From assembly GCA_015075625.1 (NCBI GenBank), contig JABTTZ010000001.1:2047021-2111020 (forward strand): DNA of 64,000 bases. The letters run 5' to 3'. A program made the position numbers and the translations under genes. This document shows positions 1-10,222 of this stretch, one piece after another. The notes below the pieces were generated by a model. That model did not search any database. It had not been told where the DNA came from and saw only the letters and a program-made list of their open reading frames with translations. Position 1 is the stretch's first letter. Every line of letters starts with the position of its first letter. This stretch comes from Anaerolineales bacterium (GTDB taxonomy: Bacteria > Chloroflexota > Anaerolineae > Aggregatilineales > UBA2796).

Positions 1-2235
1 AACTCATACAAGTGGGGGACGGGGTTGGCGCGGTTGGCAGCATCAAGGAACAACACCCCCGGTTCGCCGTTGTGGTGGGCGCGCTGGACGATGAGATCGA
101 AGATTTCGCGGGCGCGGACGGTCTCCCAGACCTTACCATCGTGGGGGTTGATCAGATCGAACATCCCATCGGCTTGGACTTTTTCCATGAATTCATCGGT
201 AATGCCGACGCTGATGTTGAAATTGGTGATCTTGCTCTCGTCGGTTTTGGAGGTGATGAATTCTCGAATGTCAGGATGATTCACCTTCAAAACTGCCATA
301 TTCGCCCCGCGCCGAGAATTATGCGTGACAATCCCGTTGGCAAGGTAGGTGTGGTTGTCGTCCACCTCAAGATCGAGGGTCAGTGATTCCCCGGCTGGCT
401 CAACGGCGATGACGCGGACAAACCACGAATCATTGATCGGGTGGGCATACTGCGCGAATTCGGCGTGTGCCTCGCTTAAGATCGCATATCCCGAAAGGGT
501 TAATTGACGATCTCCTCGCGTGTAACGAAGCAACTTTTTGCGCAGTTTTGAATCCACAGCGCGGAAATTTCTGCCCATGCCCCTTGCCCTGTGTTCGGTT
601 TGGGGCAACGTGATTCCATCCAGAACGGGAGTGACCCAATAGGCAGGGTTCGGCAAGGAATAACTGCTTTCACGCGCCCGGTCAGGAATAAGCTCCATAC
701 TTACTTGGAAGCGGGAGCGCAAATCACACGCAATTTTTTCCTGCCATATCGCCAACCCTACAGAAGAATTGATCCGTAACATCCACATGGGATTTTCCCC
801 ATAATGGGTTTCGTTGATCGTTTGGCGGCGAATAGTGACCGGGCAACCCAAGCCGATCAAGAGCGTGGCGACCTCGTGAATTAAGGTCTTAGAACTGCTC
901 ATCAACGAGGGGTAGCCATGCGAGGGTGATCCATCTGCCTCGAATAAACCACGCAGAAAAGCGCCAACAACGTTTGGGGGGCTTTGGCGGATCAGACGCG
1001 GCACACTGGCTGTTAAACTGCGTTCTTTTGTCAAACCGTTCAGGATAAAGAAATCCTTTATGGCACGGTTATCCAAGACAAAGGTGGCAGAGGCATCATT
1101 GGGTTGTTGAAGAACGTGAACAGTCAAATGCTCTCCAAACAAGCGGTGCATCATTGCCGGCATCTCGCTAAAGAGGTAGCTTGTGTGCGCTACGGTGACG
1201 CCTATCCGGTGATCATCTTCAGCCGATGCCATGAATCCATCCCCCGCCATATAGCCGAGGAAGAAGGCAAAGTCTTGATCAAGAAGGGCTGGGAAAACTG
1301 GCATGATCTGATTGCCATGCTGTTTTTGCGGGGTGCGAAGGGGTTGATTATGCCCACGATGCTGCCCCAATTTGACCAGAATTGCGTCCCCTGCTTGGAG
1401 TTCCTCAAATGCCCGCCAAACAGGACCTGTATCCGTCATCACCTTGATTTTGTGGTTGGGCGTTCCAGTCAGTTCCAAGCCTTCATCGGTGTGAATCCGC
1501 AAAACAGGAGCAGCCCCATTGTTATAGGCTGCACCGGAGTGGCGATCCCCTTCATCAGTGGGAACGGTTATCTCATGTTCATCCCACCCAATGGCGGTAT
1601 GTGTGACGATTTCATCAAGACGGAGAAGCCCTTTTTCGGTGAAAACAAGGGTGTCGGGTGTTAGACATCCGCCTTGTGCAATCTCCCCAAATGCCTGATC
1701 GTAGACGCGGAGGAAGCCGACGGGACCGGTTGCCTCGCCGCGACTGCTGTTGACGATAGCTCCCTTTGGGCGAAGGCGGGAGAAGGCAAAGCCATTGCCG
1801 CCGCCCGTTTGTTGAATCAGGGCGGCGTTGCGCAAGGTTTGGAAAATCCCGCTGTCGGTGCGCCCCATGTCGTCATCAATAGCCAGAACGAAGCACGCCG
1901 CAAGCTGCCCCAGGGGAGTTCCTGCGCCGCTAAAGGTGGGGCTGTTGGGGAAGAACTGCAAGCCCGTCAGAAGGTCAAAGTAGCGCCGCGCTGCCGCCAT
2001 GACATCGCCATCAAATGCCTGCTCTGCCACTGCGACGTAATAGGCGACGCGCCAAAACATCTCGTGTTCGGTCTCAGCCGGTTTGCCATCGTTCCCGCGC
2101 CGCAGGTAGCGTTTCTGCAAGACTGTACGGGCGTTATCCGTCAGATGGATGGTCTGCGCACGCAGATCATCGGGGAGGGGGACGGGGGGTAAGCTGTTAG
2201 TGCCGGACAAAGCACTATCGACCTTGGCGATACGC
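1..2235 (-). CDS. nrdJ: Class II (adenosylcobalamin-dependent) ribonucleotide reductase NrdJ, intein-containing, C-terminal end beyond window start (partial)
   Basis: Reverse-strand translation from ATG at 2235 gives [13 protein letters not shown]...[16 protein letters not shown]...AQGG then intein, then [20 protein letters not shown] (the conserved QGG-RRGA-HPDI motif of class II RNR). The plus-strand ORFs 1104..1664 and 1674..2192 are its antisense. No stop before position 1. Confidence 0.85.
318..1667 (-). mobile_element. Intein (about 450 aa) with LAGLIDADG homing-endonuclease domain inserted in nrdJ
   Basis: Insertion begins with Cys immediately after extein QGG ([13 protein letters not shown]...), ends with ...NGIVTHN followed by extein Ser. 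Two LAGLIDADG-type blocks are present ([11 protein letters not shown] and [11 protein letters not shown]). The extein motif QGG|SRRGA is split exactly at a conserved RNR motif. Confidence 0.8.
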
Positions 2236-2370
2236 ATGGCTAAATCTCCCGGCTAAAAGCCAGAACACAGAACACAATGTTGATGCAGTATTGGGGTACT
2301 TTTGAAGCACCCTCACCCGTTTTTGAGCCGTCAATGACGCCCGGAGAGGGCGCTTTAGAGGCTCACCACT

Positions 2371-2994
2371 TTAGGTCTTGCGACCTCTAGGGCGTCCGCT
2401 GGCATTCGTTCGTTTGCCTTGCGTCTTGCCCTTCGCTGGAAACGCCGACGTTTTTACGGAGAGATCACGTTCCGCAACGCGATCCCCCCCGTCTGTGCGT
2501 CCCTTTTGTTCAGACCAGCGCTCGGCGGCAACTTCGGCATAGCCCTGCTGTTCAGCCAGCAGTTTATCGATCTCCGCTCGAACACTCAACAAGTTATCCA
2601 GCCCCATGTAAACAATCGCATAGCGGATATAGGCGATGGGGTCAATGTCTTTCAACCCGGCAATGACCATATCTCCAACAACACGGCTGCTTACTTCCGC
2701 CCTCCCCACCGCTTGCAGGTTCATCTCGATCTCATCGACAAGACGATCCAGTGCGGCAGCGGGTATTGGGCGCTTGGCACAGGCATTCCAAATGCCTCGT
2801 TTCAACTTATCGCGGTCAAATTCCTCACGATCCCCATTCGTTTTGATCAGAACGGGAGTCACCGCTAAGGGGCGCTCGTAGGTCGTGAAGCGTTCGTGAC
2901 AGTTCTGACACTCCCGCCGCCGCCGGATACCGTTTTTAATATCCGTCGTATCCAAGACCTTTAGGTCGCTGCTGTCACAGTAAGGGCATTGCAT
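2371..2994 (-). CDS. nrdR: Transcriptional repressor NrdR (zinc ribbon + ATP-cone), with about 50-aa basic C-terminal extension
   Basis: MQCPYCDSSDLKVLDT...CQNCHERFTTYE zinc ribbon followed by ATP-cone-like region; located directly upstream of nrdJ on the same strand. ORF track starts at 3009 (MGYVVMQCPYC); the second Met (2994) matches the canonical NrdR N-terminus. Confidence 0.8.
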   Translation of the reverse strand: MQCPYCDSSDLKVLDTTDIKNGIRRRRECQNCHERFTTYERPLAVTPVLIKTNGDREEFDRDKLKRGIWNACAKRPIPAAALDRLVDEIEMNLQAVGRAEVSSRVVGDMVIAGLKDIDPIAYIRYAIVYMGLDNLLSVRAEIDKLLAEQQGYAEVAAERWSEQKGRTDGGDRVAERDLSVKTSAFPAKGKTQGKRTNASGRPRGRKT

Positions 2995-3628
2995 AACCAC
3001 GTAGCCCATCTATGCTGTTTGTGAAAAATGACCACATCCCCAATGACGCCACGCAATTTACGTAACGTCAACGATAATACCGCCACATATGGGGTCTCAG
3101 CATTCATGCCCTCCCAGATATGGTACTATCATGCCTACACTGTAACACAGGTCGGAGGAGATTTCAAGTGATCGAGTGGTTGTCTTTTGGTTTGAAAGTA
3201 GTATGTTTTTTCCGGTAGCAGAACATCTGCTATTTAACAAGGGACGTTCCATAAAGGTTTTTCTAAAATAGGTATACGTCGTGATGATTCAGCAATCATC
3301 GGATGAATCAAGGGCATGTTATAACAGGGCTATGTATTAAATTTTGAGGAAAGGTTTTAATTTTCTAACGTGACAGAACAGGTGTACTTCAAACGAATTT
3401 GACCCCTTCAGAGGGAATGAGAGGGGTAAGGGGCGATCTTGCCACAAACCAAAAAACAATCTGTGTTTGGGAGAGCGGGATTGTGAGATGTGCATAGTGC
3501 CAGAAGGTGCTGATTTGTTTCGGCGTCACGGGCTTGAAGGGGATGATGGGCTGTCTCCGGCGCTGGCGTAGGGGGCTGACTGTAGGGTTTGCTTGGTGTG
3601 GTGTACAAGGGAGGTTATGGGGATAGGA

Positions 3629-3763
3629 CTTACGCAGTTGAACTTATTTCCCCTGTATTCATCGAAAGGGGCAGGTTGAGGGGGCTTCCCCCTCAAACCC
3701 TCTTTTTCCCTTTCTCCCTCAGGGAGATGGGGGTAGGGGGATGAGGGCAAGTCCGTAACGCCT
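3629..3763 (-). repeat. RF1 MITE-like palindromic repeat, copy A (CTTACGCAGTTG terminal inverted repeats, internal GGTTGAGGGGGCTTCCCCCTCAAACC hairpin)
   Basis: Begins cttacgcagttgaac..., contains perfect GC hairpin at 3674-3699, ends ...gatgagggcaagtccgtaacg. Same modules as the copies at 39481, 40913 and 46026. Confidence 0.6.
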
Positions 3764-3821
3764 ATGAGGAGTCGGGAGGTTCCTTTTTTGCCCCATAATT
3801 TCCCATTTTATAAGAGGGAGA

Positions 3822-3850
3822 TTGCTTGGGTTAACCCAATGCCCTACAAT
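3822..3850 (+). promoter_or_regulatory. Sigma70-like promoter of the alkD-like gene (-35 TTGCTT, 17-bp spacer containing palindrome GGGTTAACCC, -10 TACAAT)
   Basis: ttgcttgggttaacccaatgccctacaat about 30 bp upstream of ATG 3880. SD GAGAGGCAAAGGG precedes the ATG. Confidence 0.5.
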
Positions 3851-3879
3851 AGAACAAATATACTGAGAGAGGCAAAGGG

Positions 3880-4608
3880 ATGAACACAGCGGAAATTATG
3901 GCAGCGTTGGAGGCGGCAGGGACGGCACAAAACCGAAAGATTGCCAAGCGGCATGGGGTAGATGATAACGTTTTTGGCGTGCTGCGCTCTGAGGTGAATA
4001 AACTGGTGAAGCAGATCAAGATCAACCATACGGCTGCGCTTGAACTGTGGGAAACTGGTAATTTTGATGCGCGGACGGTTGCCACGATGATTGCCGATCC
4101 ACAGAAAATAGACGAGGCGACGCTCACCCATTGGGGGGAGACAACACACGACTATGGGACGGCGGGAGAGGTTTCCAACATTATTGCCAAAACACCGTAC
4201 ATACGGGCGTTTATGGAGCGCTGGACAAACGATGAGGGGGAGTGGCTAGGGCGCATCGGATGGCTTTTGTTGTCGCACCTTGCCGCTGGGGATAACAGCC
4301 TGCCTGATTCGTTTTTCCTCCCCTATCTGGCAACCATTGAGGAGGGCATTCATACGGCGAAAAACCGCACCCGCGATGCGATGAACACTGCGCTAATCAG
4401 TATTGGGACGCGAAATGCCGCGTTAGAAGGACCCGCTTATGCTGCTGCCAAACGGATCGGGAGGGTTGAGGTCGATCACGGGCAGACAGACTGCGAAACG
4501 CCGCTGGCGATCCCGTATATGGATAGGATCAAGGCACACCGTGCCAAAAGAGCGGCAGAAAAAGAGGCGAAAAGCGCTGCGGCTAAAGCGACTAAGGGAA
4601 AGAAATAA
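3880..4608 (+). CDS. DNA alkylation repair enzyme (AlkC/AlkD-type HEAT-repeat DNA glycosylase family)
   Basis: N-terminus MNTAEIMAALEAAGTAQNRKIAKRHGVDDNVFGVLRSEVNKLVKQIKINHTAALELWETGNFDARTVATMIADP matches the DNA_alkylation family signature. Strong SD. Confidence 0.75.
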   Translation: MNTAEIMAALEAAGTAQNRKIAKRHGVDDNVFGVLRSEVNKLVKQIKINHTAALELWETGNFDARTVATMIADPQKIDEATLTHWGETTHDYGTAGEVSNIIAKTPYIRAFMERWTNDEGEWLGRIGWLLLSHLAAGDNSLPDSFFLPYLATIEEGIHTAKNRTRDAMNTALISIGTRNAALEGPAYAAAKRIGRVEVDHGQTDCETPLAIPYMDRIKAHRAKRAAEKEAKSAAAKATKGKK

Positions 4609-4750
4609 CCGACAAGCAGAGATCAGACGCCTTTTCCTTGCGGCGGGTTCAGGGTGGTGAGCGCAGCGTTGCCGCAAACCCTGTTTGTGGAGGTGGGGAT
4701 ACAAGCAGTACGCCTAAGTACAACCACAATGAGCAGGCGGCATGTCGCCT

Positions 4751-4815
4751 GATCCCGCCGCTAAAGCCGCGGACTGAAAGCAGCCACCCCTTCAGGGCTT
4801 GAAAGGCATAAGCGC
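4751..4815 (+). repeat. RF2 REP-like hairpin repeat (GATCCCGCCGCTAAAGC-GCGG-CTGAAAGCAGCCACCCCTTCAGGGCTTGAAAGGC)
   Basis: Near-identical copies at 55283 and 52776, related copies at 43777-43925 and 52930-52995. Contains GAAA- and UUCG-type tetraloop hairpins. Confidence 0.55.
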
Positions 4816-4993
4816 ACAGGGGGTTTCTGCTTTCTTCATCCCAAATGATTTTTGTGGCGGTACTTAGTCGTCCACCACACAGATACATAGAGATAGACTG
4901 ATCCAACAACCTCACCCCCTCCCCGTTTACGAAGAGGGGGAAGGGGTGGGGTTTTGAAATGATGTGTAATCAGACATTTACGAGGTAGTCCCA

Positions 4994-7900
4994 ATGACTC
5001 TTACATGGCGCGATTTTGTTCAACGCTGGACGGCGAGCGCCCTCGGTGAACAACAAGCCGCCCAAAGCCATTTCAACGAACTCTGCCGCTTAGTGGGGCA
5101 TAAAACACCCACCGAACTGGACCCACTGGGTGAATTTTTCACCTTTGAGGAACAAGTGACAAAGGCAACAGGTGGGCGGGGGCGGGCAGATGTCTGGTAC
5201 AAGGGGAAATTTGCTTGGGAATACAAGGGCAAGCACAAAGACTTAGATGCCGCCTATGCCCAACTGCTGGCATATAAGGGCAGTTTAGGCAACCCACCGC
5301 TGCTGATCGTTTCGGACATGGTGGAATACCGCATTTACCCCCAGTGGGTGAACACCAGCGGGCAGCCCTTCATCTTTCGCAATGCCGATTTGTTGTTTCC
5401 AGATGCACAGCGGTACATCGTATGGCTTTTGGAAGACCCAGACCGTTTTAAAGAACTGCGCGAAGATGAGCTTCGAGTACGCGAACAACTGACCACCAAG
5501 CTGGCGCAAGAATTCGCCCATCTCAGCGATTTGGTACGCAAACACCAAGACCCTAACGATCTTTGGAGTGACTATCACATTGCCCGTTTTTTTGCGCGGC
5601 TAACCTTTTGTTTGTTTGCCGAAGATGTTCAACTCATGCCGCGCCCCTTTGACCAACCTGTTTTTCGGTATCTTACCGATGGCGCACGCAACCTTCCCGA
5701 AGATTTTGTGGCAGAGATGACGCGCTTATTTATGGCGATGGATGGGCGTCAATCTGGCTTTGTGATGCGACACGTCCCCTATTTCAATGGGGGCTTGTTT
5801 AACGTCGATGACGATCCCGCCCACCTAGTTTTTGATTTGGCGAAAGATTCCGCCATGATCGATCTCTTAGAAAAGATCAGCAAGCGTGATTGGCGTAAGG
5901 TGAACCCGACCATCTTCGGCACACTCTTTGAGGCAGCCCTTGATCCGGCAAAGCGGGCGCAGTTGGGCGCTCACTATACCAGCGAGGCAGATATTCGCCT
6001 TGTTGTTGACCCTGTGTTGATGCAGCCACTTTACGACGAATGGGCGTTGACATTGGAGGAGGCTGAACCGCTCTTTCAAACCCTTTTTGATGGCGCTTCT
6101 CCCCGCCAAGAAGAGACCATTCGCGCTCGGCTGACCCTGCTTCATGACCGGATGATGTTTCGCCTTGAGACCACACAGATTCTTGATCCGGCGTGTGGGT
6201 CGGGAAACTTTCTCTATGTCAGCCTTCGGGCGCTGAAAGACCTTGAAGCACGAGTCCGCAAGACCTTTGAGCCACTTGGCTTGCCGTTTCGCGACGTTGT
6301 CACGCCGCGCCAACTCTACGGCATCGAGAAAGACCCCTATGCGGCGAACTTGGCGTTTGTCGTTATCTGGATTGGCTACTTACAATGGCGCTACGAAGAT
6401 CAGGGCGTGTTAAGTTTTAGAACACGGGTCAGCCGCCCCAACCCTCGGCATTTGCCACACCCCATTATCCAAGACAAATACCCGGACGAAACCATCGATC
6501 ACATCCTGTGCGAGGACGCCCTCTTGCGTTACGACGCGGAGGGCAAGCCCTATGAGCCGGAGTGGGTGGCGGTGGATGTGATCATGGGCAACCCGCCTTT
6601 TTTGGGGGGCAGCCGTCAACGCAGAGAGCTGGGCGGAGCTTACCTTGACGATCTCCAGAGGCTGTATCAAGGGCGGTTGGCAAGGGATAGCGATCTTGTC
6701 TGCTATTGGTTTGAGAAAGCACGCGCCCATCTAGACCAGGGAAAGGCTAAGCGGGTTGGGTTTATCGCCACCAATTCGATTCGGGGTGGTTCAAATCGCC
6801 TTGTCTTGGATCGCATCAAAGCGACGGGCGATATTTTCATGGCATGGAGCGATAATCCATGGCTCCTCGCCGGTGCAGCGGTGCGGATTTCGATTGTCGG
6901 CTTTGATAACAAGGTGCAGACAGCACGAATGCTCGATGGGGCAGTCGTCGAGAACATCCATGCCGATTTGACCGCTGGCGCTGATCTAACCGGGGCAAAG
7001 GTGCTGGCAGAAAACGCTCGCATTTGTTTTCGCAGTGACGAAAAAGGCGGATCGTTCGATATTGACGAGGCAACGGCAAGGGCGATGTTGGCGGCGAAAA
7101 ACCGCAGTGGAAAATCGAACGCCGATGTCGTGCGTCCGTACATCAATGGGCTTGATGTGACACGCGGCAGACGGAACAGGTGGGTCATCGATTTTGGCGT
7201 AGATACTACCGAAGCCGAAGCCGCCCACTACAAAATGCCCTATGAGTATGTGAAACGGATGGTGAAGCCCGAACGCGATATGGTGAACAACGAGCGCCAC
7301 CGTACCTATTGGTGGATTCACCGTATTCCTGCTGGTGATATGCGCGAGGCAATTCGACCTCTCAAGCGCTTTATCGCGACGCCTAGTGTGGCAAAACACC
7401 GCTTGTTTGTATGGGTCGAAGGCGGGATCATTCCCGATCATCAACTCTATGTCTTCGCCCGTGACGATGATTACTTCTTCGGCGTCCTCCACAGCTATAT
7501 TCATGAACTATGGTCGCTGCAGAAGGGAACATCCCTTGAAGATCGCCCTCGTTACACGCCCACAACAACCTTTGAGACCTTCCCGCTGCCTTACCCGCCG
7601 GGCAAAGAGGACACCGCATCGCCCCTCTATCAGGCGATCAGCACGGCGGCAAAGGCGCTCCACGAGGGGCGCGAGGCATGGCTGCATCCAGTGGAATTAG
7701 CGGAATTGGGGGCGACGGCAAAGGGCAAAGCGCTTTCCGAACGGACTCTGACAAATCTTTACAATGCGTTGGCAGTTCATCGCGCTGAGCCGTCCATGGG
7801 CAAGGGGAAGGGGGGGAACGGCAAAAACGGGGATAAACCCGTGAAGGCGGCAGCGCAATTCGCCCCCCAACTGGCAGCACTCCACGAAGCATTGGATAGG

Positions 7901-8020
7901 GCTGTATTGAGCGCTTACGGGTGGACTGATCTGGCTCTCACCGCCCGCACTCCGGCAGGGCAAGAAGCAATTTTACGGCGCTTGTTGGCGTTGAATCAAG
8001 CGCGAATATCGAAAGCGTAG
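4994..8020 (+). CDS. MmeI-family Type IIL restriction-modification enzyme (N-terminal PD-ExK nuclease + gamma-class N6-adenine methyltransferase + TRD in one polypeptide)
   Basis: D-X9-EYK nuclease motif (ADVWYKGKFAWEYKGK); FCLFAED and LGAHYTSEA blocks identical to MmeI; MTase motif I DPACGSGNFL and motif IV GNPPF; TNSI block; 1008 aa. Confidence 0.85.
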   Translation: MTLTWRDFVQRWTASALGEQQAAQSHFNELCRLVGHKTPTELDPLGEFFTFEEQVTKATGGRGRADVWYKGKFAWEYKGKHKDLDAAYAQLLAYKGSLGNPPLLIVSDMVEYRIYPQWVNTSGQPFIFRNADLLFPDAQRYIVWLLEDPDRFKELREDELRVREQLTTKLAQEFAHLSDLVRKHQDPNDLWSDYHIARFFARLTFCLFAEDVQLMPRPFDQPVFRYLTDGARNLPEDFVAEMTRLFMAMDGRQSGFVMRHVPYFNGGLFNVDDDPAHLVFDLAKDSAMIDLLEKISKRDWRKVNPTIFGTLFEAALDPAKRAQLGAHYTSEADIRLVVDPVLMQPLYDEWALTLEEAEPLFQTLFDGASPRQEETIRARLTLLHDRMMFRLETTQILDPACGSGNFLYVSLRALKDLEARVRKTFEPLGLPFRDVVTPRQLYGIEKDPYAANLAFVVIWIGYLQWRYEDQGVLSFRTRVSRPNPRHLPHPIIQDKYPDETIDHILCEDALLRYDAEGKPYEPEWVAVDVIMGNPPFLGGSRQRRELGGAYLDDLQRLYQGRLARDSDLVCYWFEKARAHLDQGKAKRVGFIATNSIRGGSNRLVLDRIKATGDIFMAWSDNPWLLAGAAVRISIVGFDNKVQTARMLDGAVVENIHADLTAGADLTGAKVLAENARICFRSDEKGGSFDIDEATARAMLAAKNRSGKSNADVVRPYINGLDVTRGRRNRWVIDFGVDTTEAEAAHYKMPYEYVKRMVKPERDMVNNERHRTYWWIHRIPAGDMREAIRPLKRFIATPSVAKHRLFVWVEGGIIPDHQLYVFARDDDYFFGVLHSYIHELWSLQKGTSLEDRPRYTPTTTFETFPLPYPPGKEDTASPLYQAISTAAKALHEGREAWLHPVELAELGATAKGKALSERTLTNLYNALAVHRAEPSMGKGKGGNGKNGDKPVKAAAQFAPQLAALHEALDRAVLSAYGWTDLALTARTPAGQEAILRRLLALNQARISKA

Positions 8021-8110
8021 CAGACACGTTTTTATGCCGCTCACCTTGCGTTCCCCTTCGTTACACTATAGAATCTCTCAAAAGACGCGGATAAACGGCG
8101 GCAATTCGGC

Positions 8111-9310
8111 ATGTCCACACGACGCTTTCCCGACGACAACGCCCCCTCTCCGGCTTCTCCCCCAGACCCAACACCCGGGAGCGGGACGGCGCTGCCTACC
8201 CGCCGTCCGGTGATGCCCGGACAAACACCGGGGACGCCCGTCAGCCGCGCTCCCAAACGGACGGGCAAGAGCATCCAGCATATGCCGCGCACACTTAGCC
8301 AAGTGCTGAACGATGCCAACGAACAGGTGGTGCGTGGCGACCTCAGCGAATATGTCCCTTTGCCAACAGGCTTTGATCCCCTTGATGGTTTGATCGGCGG
8401 CGGGCTGCGCAAAACAGAACTCGTCCTGCTTGGTGGGGCGCAAGGCATTGGCAAGACAATTGCCGCCGTCCAAATGGCGCGAAACATCGCCATGCGCCCT
8501 GATCAATATGTGTTCTACCTTTCCTACGAACACACCGAAACACACCTCATGAGCCGCTTGCTCTGTTTGGAGAGCATCAACCCGCCAGAGGTTGATCTGC
8601 GCAGCGGGCTGAAATTGAAAGATTTGTTCGATACGATCATCTCCCAACGGGCGCGGGAAATCTTGGGGCGCGATAACCGTGCCGAGTCCCTTCAAAGCAT
8701 TCTGCGGGAAAATCCGCGCACCTCGATGGCGCTGGCACGGCTCTCGAAGTATGCAGACCGTTTCATCATGGTCAAGGCAAGTCCGGCGGTGACGACCCTG
8801 AGCGCCATTCGAGAGATGACCGGACGGCTGGCAGAGGCGACGGGCGGCAACCTGACCGTCTTTGTCGATTATTTGCAGAAGATCGCCATTCATCCCGAAC
8901 GGGCGGCGGACGAGAACGACAAAGTGACCATTGTTGTGGAGGGGCTGAAGGATATTGCGCTCTCGTTGGGCGTCCCCGTCTTAAGCATCGTCGCCAGTGA
9001 TCGGGATGGCTTGCGGGCGAAGCGTCTGCACCTTTTTCATCTGCGGGGGAGTTCGGCGCTCGATTATGAGTGCGATATTGCGATCATCATGAACAACAAG
9101 TATCAGATTTTGGCGAAGGATCACATCGCTTTTAATCCCTATCAGGGCAAGCAGTTCCGCGATTGGGTCGTTTTTACGGTGGAGAAAAACCGCGCTGGGC
9201 GGGCGATGATGGATATGGAATTCCAACTGCACGCCCCCTACTTTGCCTTTGACCCACGCGGACAGCAAGTCCAACAAACGTTGATCGACGATAAGATCAT
9301 CGAATCCTGA
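8111..9310 (+). CDS. DnaB-like helicase C-terminal (RecA-fold) domain ATPase lacking DnaB N-terminal domain; Pro/Ser/Thr-rich disordered N-terminus
   Basis: TGFDPLDGLIGGGLRKTELVLLGGAQGIGKTIAAVQMARNIA (DnaB linker + Walker A), DYLQKI (Walker B, as DnaB IDYLQLM), LKDIALSLGVPVLSIVASDRDG. First about 90 aa are low complexity (PSPASPPDPTPGSG...). Confidence 0.7.
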   Translation: MSTRRFPDDNAPSPASPPDPTPGSGTALPTRRPVMPGQTPGTPVSRAPKRTGKSIQHMPRTLSQVLNDANEQVVRGDLSEYVPLPTGFDPLDGLIGGGLRKTELVLLGGAQGIGKTIAAVQMARNIAMRPDQYVFYLSYEHTETHLMSRLLCLESINPPEVDLRSGLKLKDLFDTIISQRAREILGRDNRAESLQSILRENPRTSMALARLSKYADRFIMVKASPAVTTLSAIREMTGRLAEATGGNLTVFVDYLQKIAIHPERAADENDKVTIVVEGLKDIALSLGVPVLSIVASDRDGLRAKRLHLFHLRGSSALDYECDIAIIMNNKYQILAKDHIAFNPYQGKQFRDWVVFTVEKNRAGRAMMDMEFQLHAPYFAFDPRGQQVQQTLIDDKIIES

Positions 9311-9311
9311 C

Positions 9312-10220
9312 TTGAGCGCCCCGATTCAGATCGTCACCGACAGCGCGGCACAGTTCCTTCTGCCCGGCTTTGCCGCCGATCAGGGAATTACGATTATTCC
9401 CTTAGAACTGGAATTAGGCGGCAGGCGCTACCGCGATGGCGTCGATATTGACGCTGAGATGATCGCCCGCCATGTGGCGGCAACGGGCGAAGCGCCGCGC
9501 CTGCTCCCCCCCAGTGTGGAAACCATTGCAGGGGTCTATGCCAACCTCTACCGTGAGTCGAATCGGATTCTCTCCGTTCACCTCTCGCGGGCGGTGCATC
9601 CCATGTGGGAAAAGGCGAAATCTGCCGCCGAAACGCTCTTGGGGCGCTGCGATATTGCCGTCTTTGATTCGCACAGCCTTGCCGCCGGACAGGGCTGGCT
9701 TACCGAGGCAGGGGTGCGCCTGACCCGTGAGACGAATTCCCTTGACGACACCGTGCGCGAACTGCGCAAGCTGATTCCCCATATTTACTCTATTTTTTGC
9801 AGCGAACGTCTCGATTACCTTTACCGTGCCGGACTCCTGTTGGAATCTCAAGCCGTTTTGGGGAATATGTTGGCAATCAAGCCGTTTCTCACCCTAGAGG
9901 ACGGTGAATTGGTCGTCATGGAGAAGGCGCGATCCAAGCCACAGGTTGTCGATAAGCTGATCGAATTCGTCACCGAATTTGCCGCCGTAGAACAGCTTGC
10001 CGTACTGCGTGGGGCATCCGCCGCGCCGGAGGTGATGCGCTCCCTTGCCGAGCGGATGCGAGAGGAATTCAGCCCAACGCCCTACCCCATCCTCACGGCG
10101 TCATCCGTGTTGGCATCTTTGCTTGGCACAGAGGCAATTGGGATCATGATTCTTGAGCGTGAATTAGGCAACCGCGGGGGGGATTATGACGATGACTTTG
10201 ACGGTGAGGATGATGAGTAG
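9312..10220 (+). CDS. DegV family (fatty-acid binding) protein
   Basis: IQIVTDSAAQFLLPGFAADQGITIIPLELELGGRRYRDGVDIDAEM matches the DegV/EDD fold N-terminus. TTG start 2 nt after the upstream stop; its stop is 2 nt before the next ATG. Confidence 0.75.
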   Translation: MSAPIQIVTDSAAQFLLPGFAADQGITIIPLELELGGRRYRDGVDIDAEMIARHVAATGEAPRLLPPSVETIAGVYANLYRESNRILSVHLSRAVHPMWEKAKSAAETLLGRCDIAVFDSHSLAAGQGWLTEAGVRLTRETNSLDDTVRELRKLIPHIYSIFCSERLDYLYRAGLLLESQAVLGNMLAIKPFLTLEDGELVVMEKARSKPQVVDKLIEFVTEFAAVEQLAVLRGASAAPEVMRSLAERMREEFSPTPYPILTASSVLASLLGTEAIGIMILERELGNRGGDYDDDFDGEDDE

Positions 10221-10222
10221 CC

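Noticed and set aside
1104-2192. Plus-strand ORFs 1104..1664 and 1674..2192 (186 and 172 aa)
   Set aside because: Antisense frames of the nrdJ N-extein/intein; the minus strand gives a continuous RNR + LAGLIDADG intein translation.
2236-2370. Cobalamin riboswitch upstream of nrdJ
   Set aside because: No B12-box (rAGYCMGgAgaCCkGCcd-like) recognisable; B12-dependent RNR is normally not riboswitch-controlled.
8078-8893. 271-aa minus-strand ORF
   Set aside because: Overlaps the DnaB-like gene in antisense; low-complexity Arg/Gly-rich translation typical of high-GC antisense frames.
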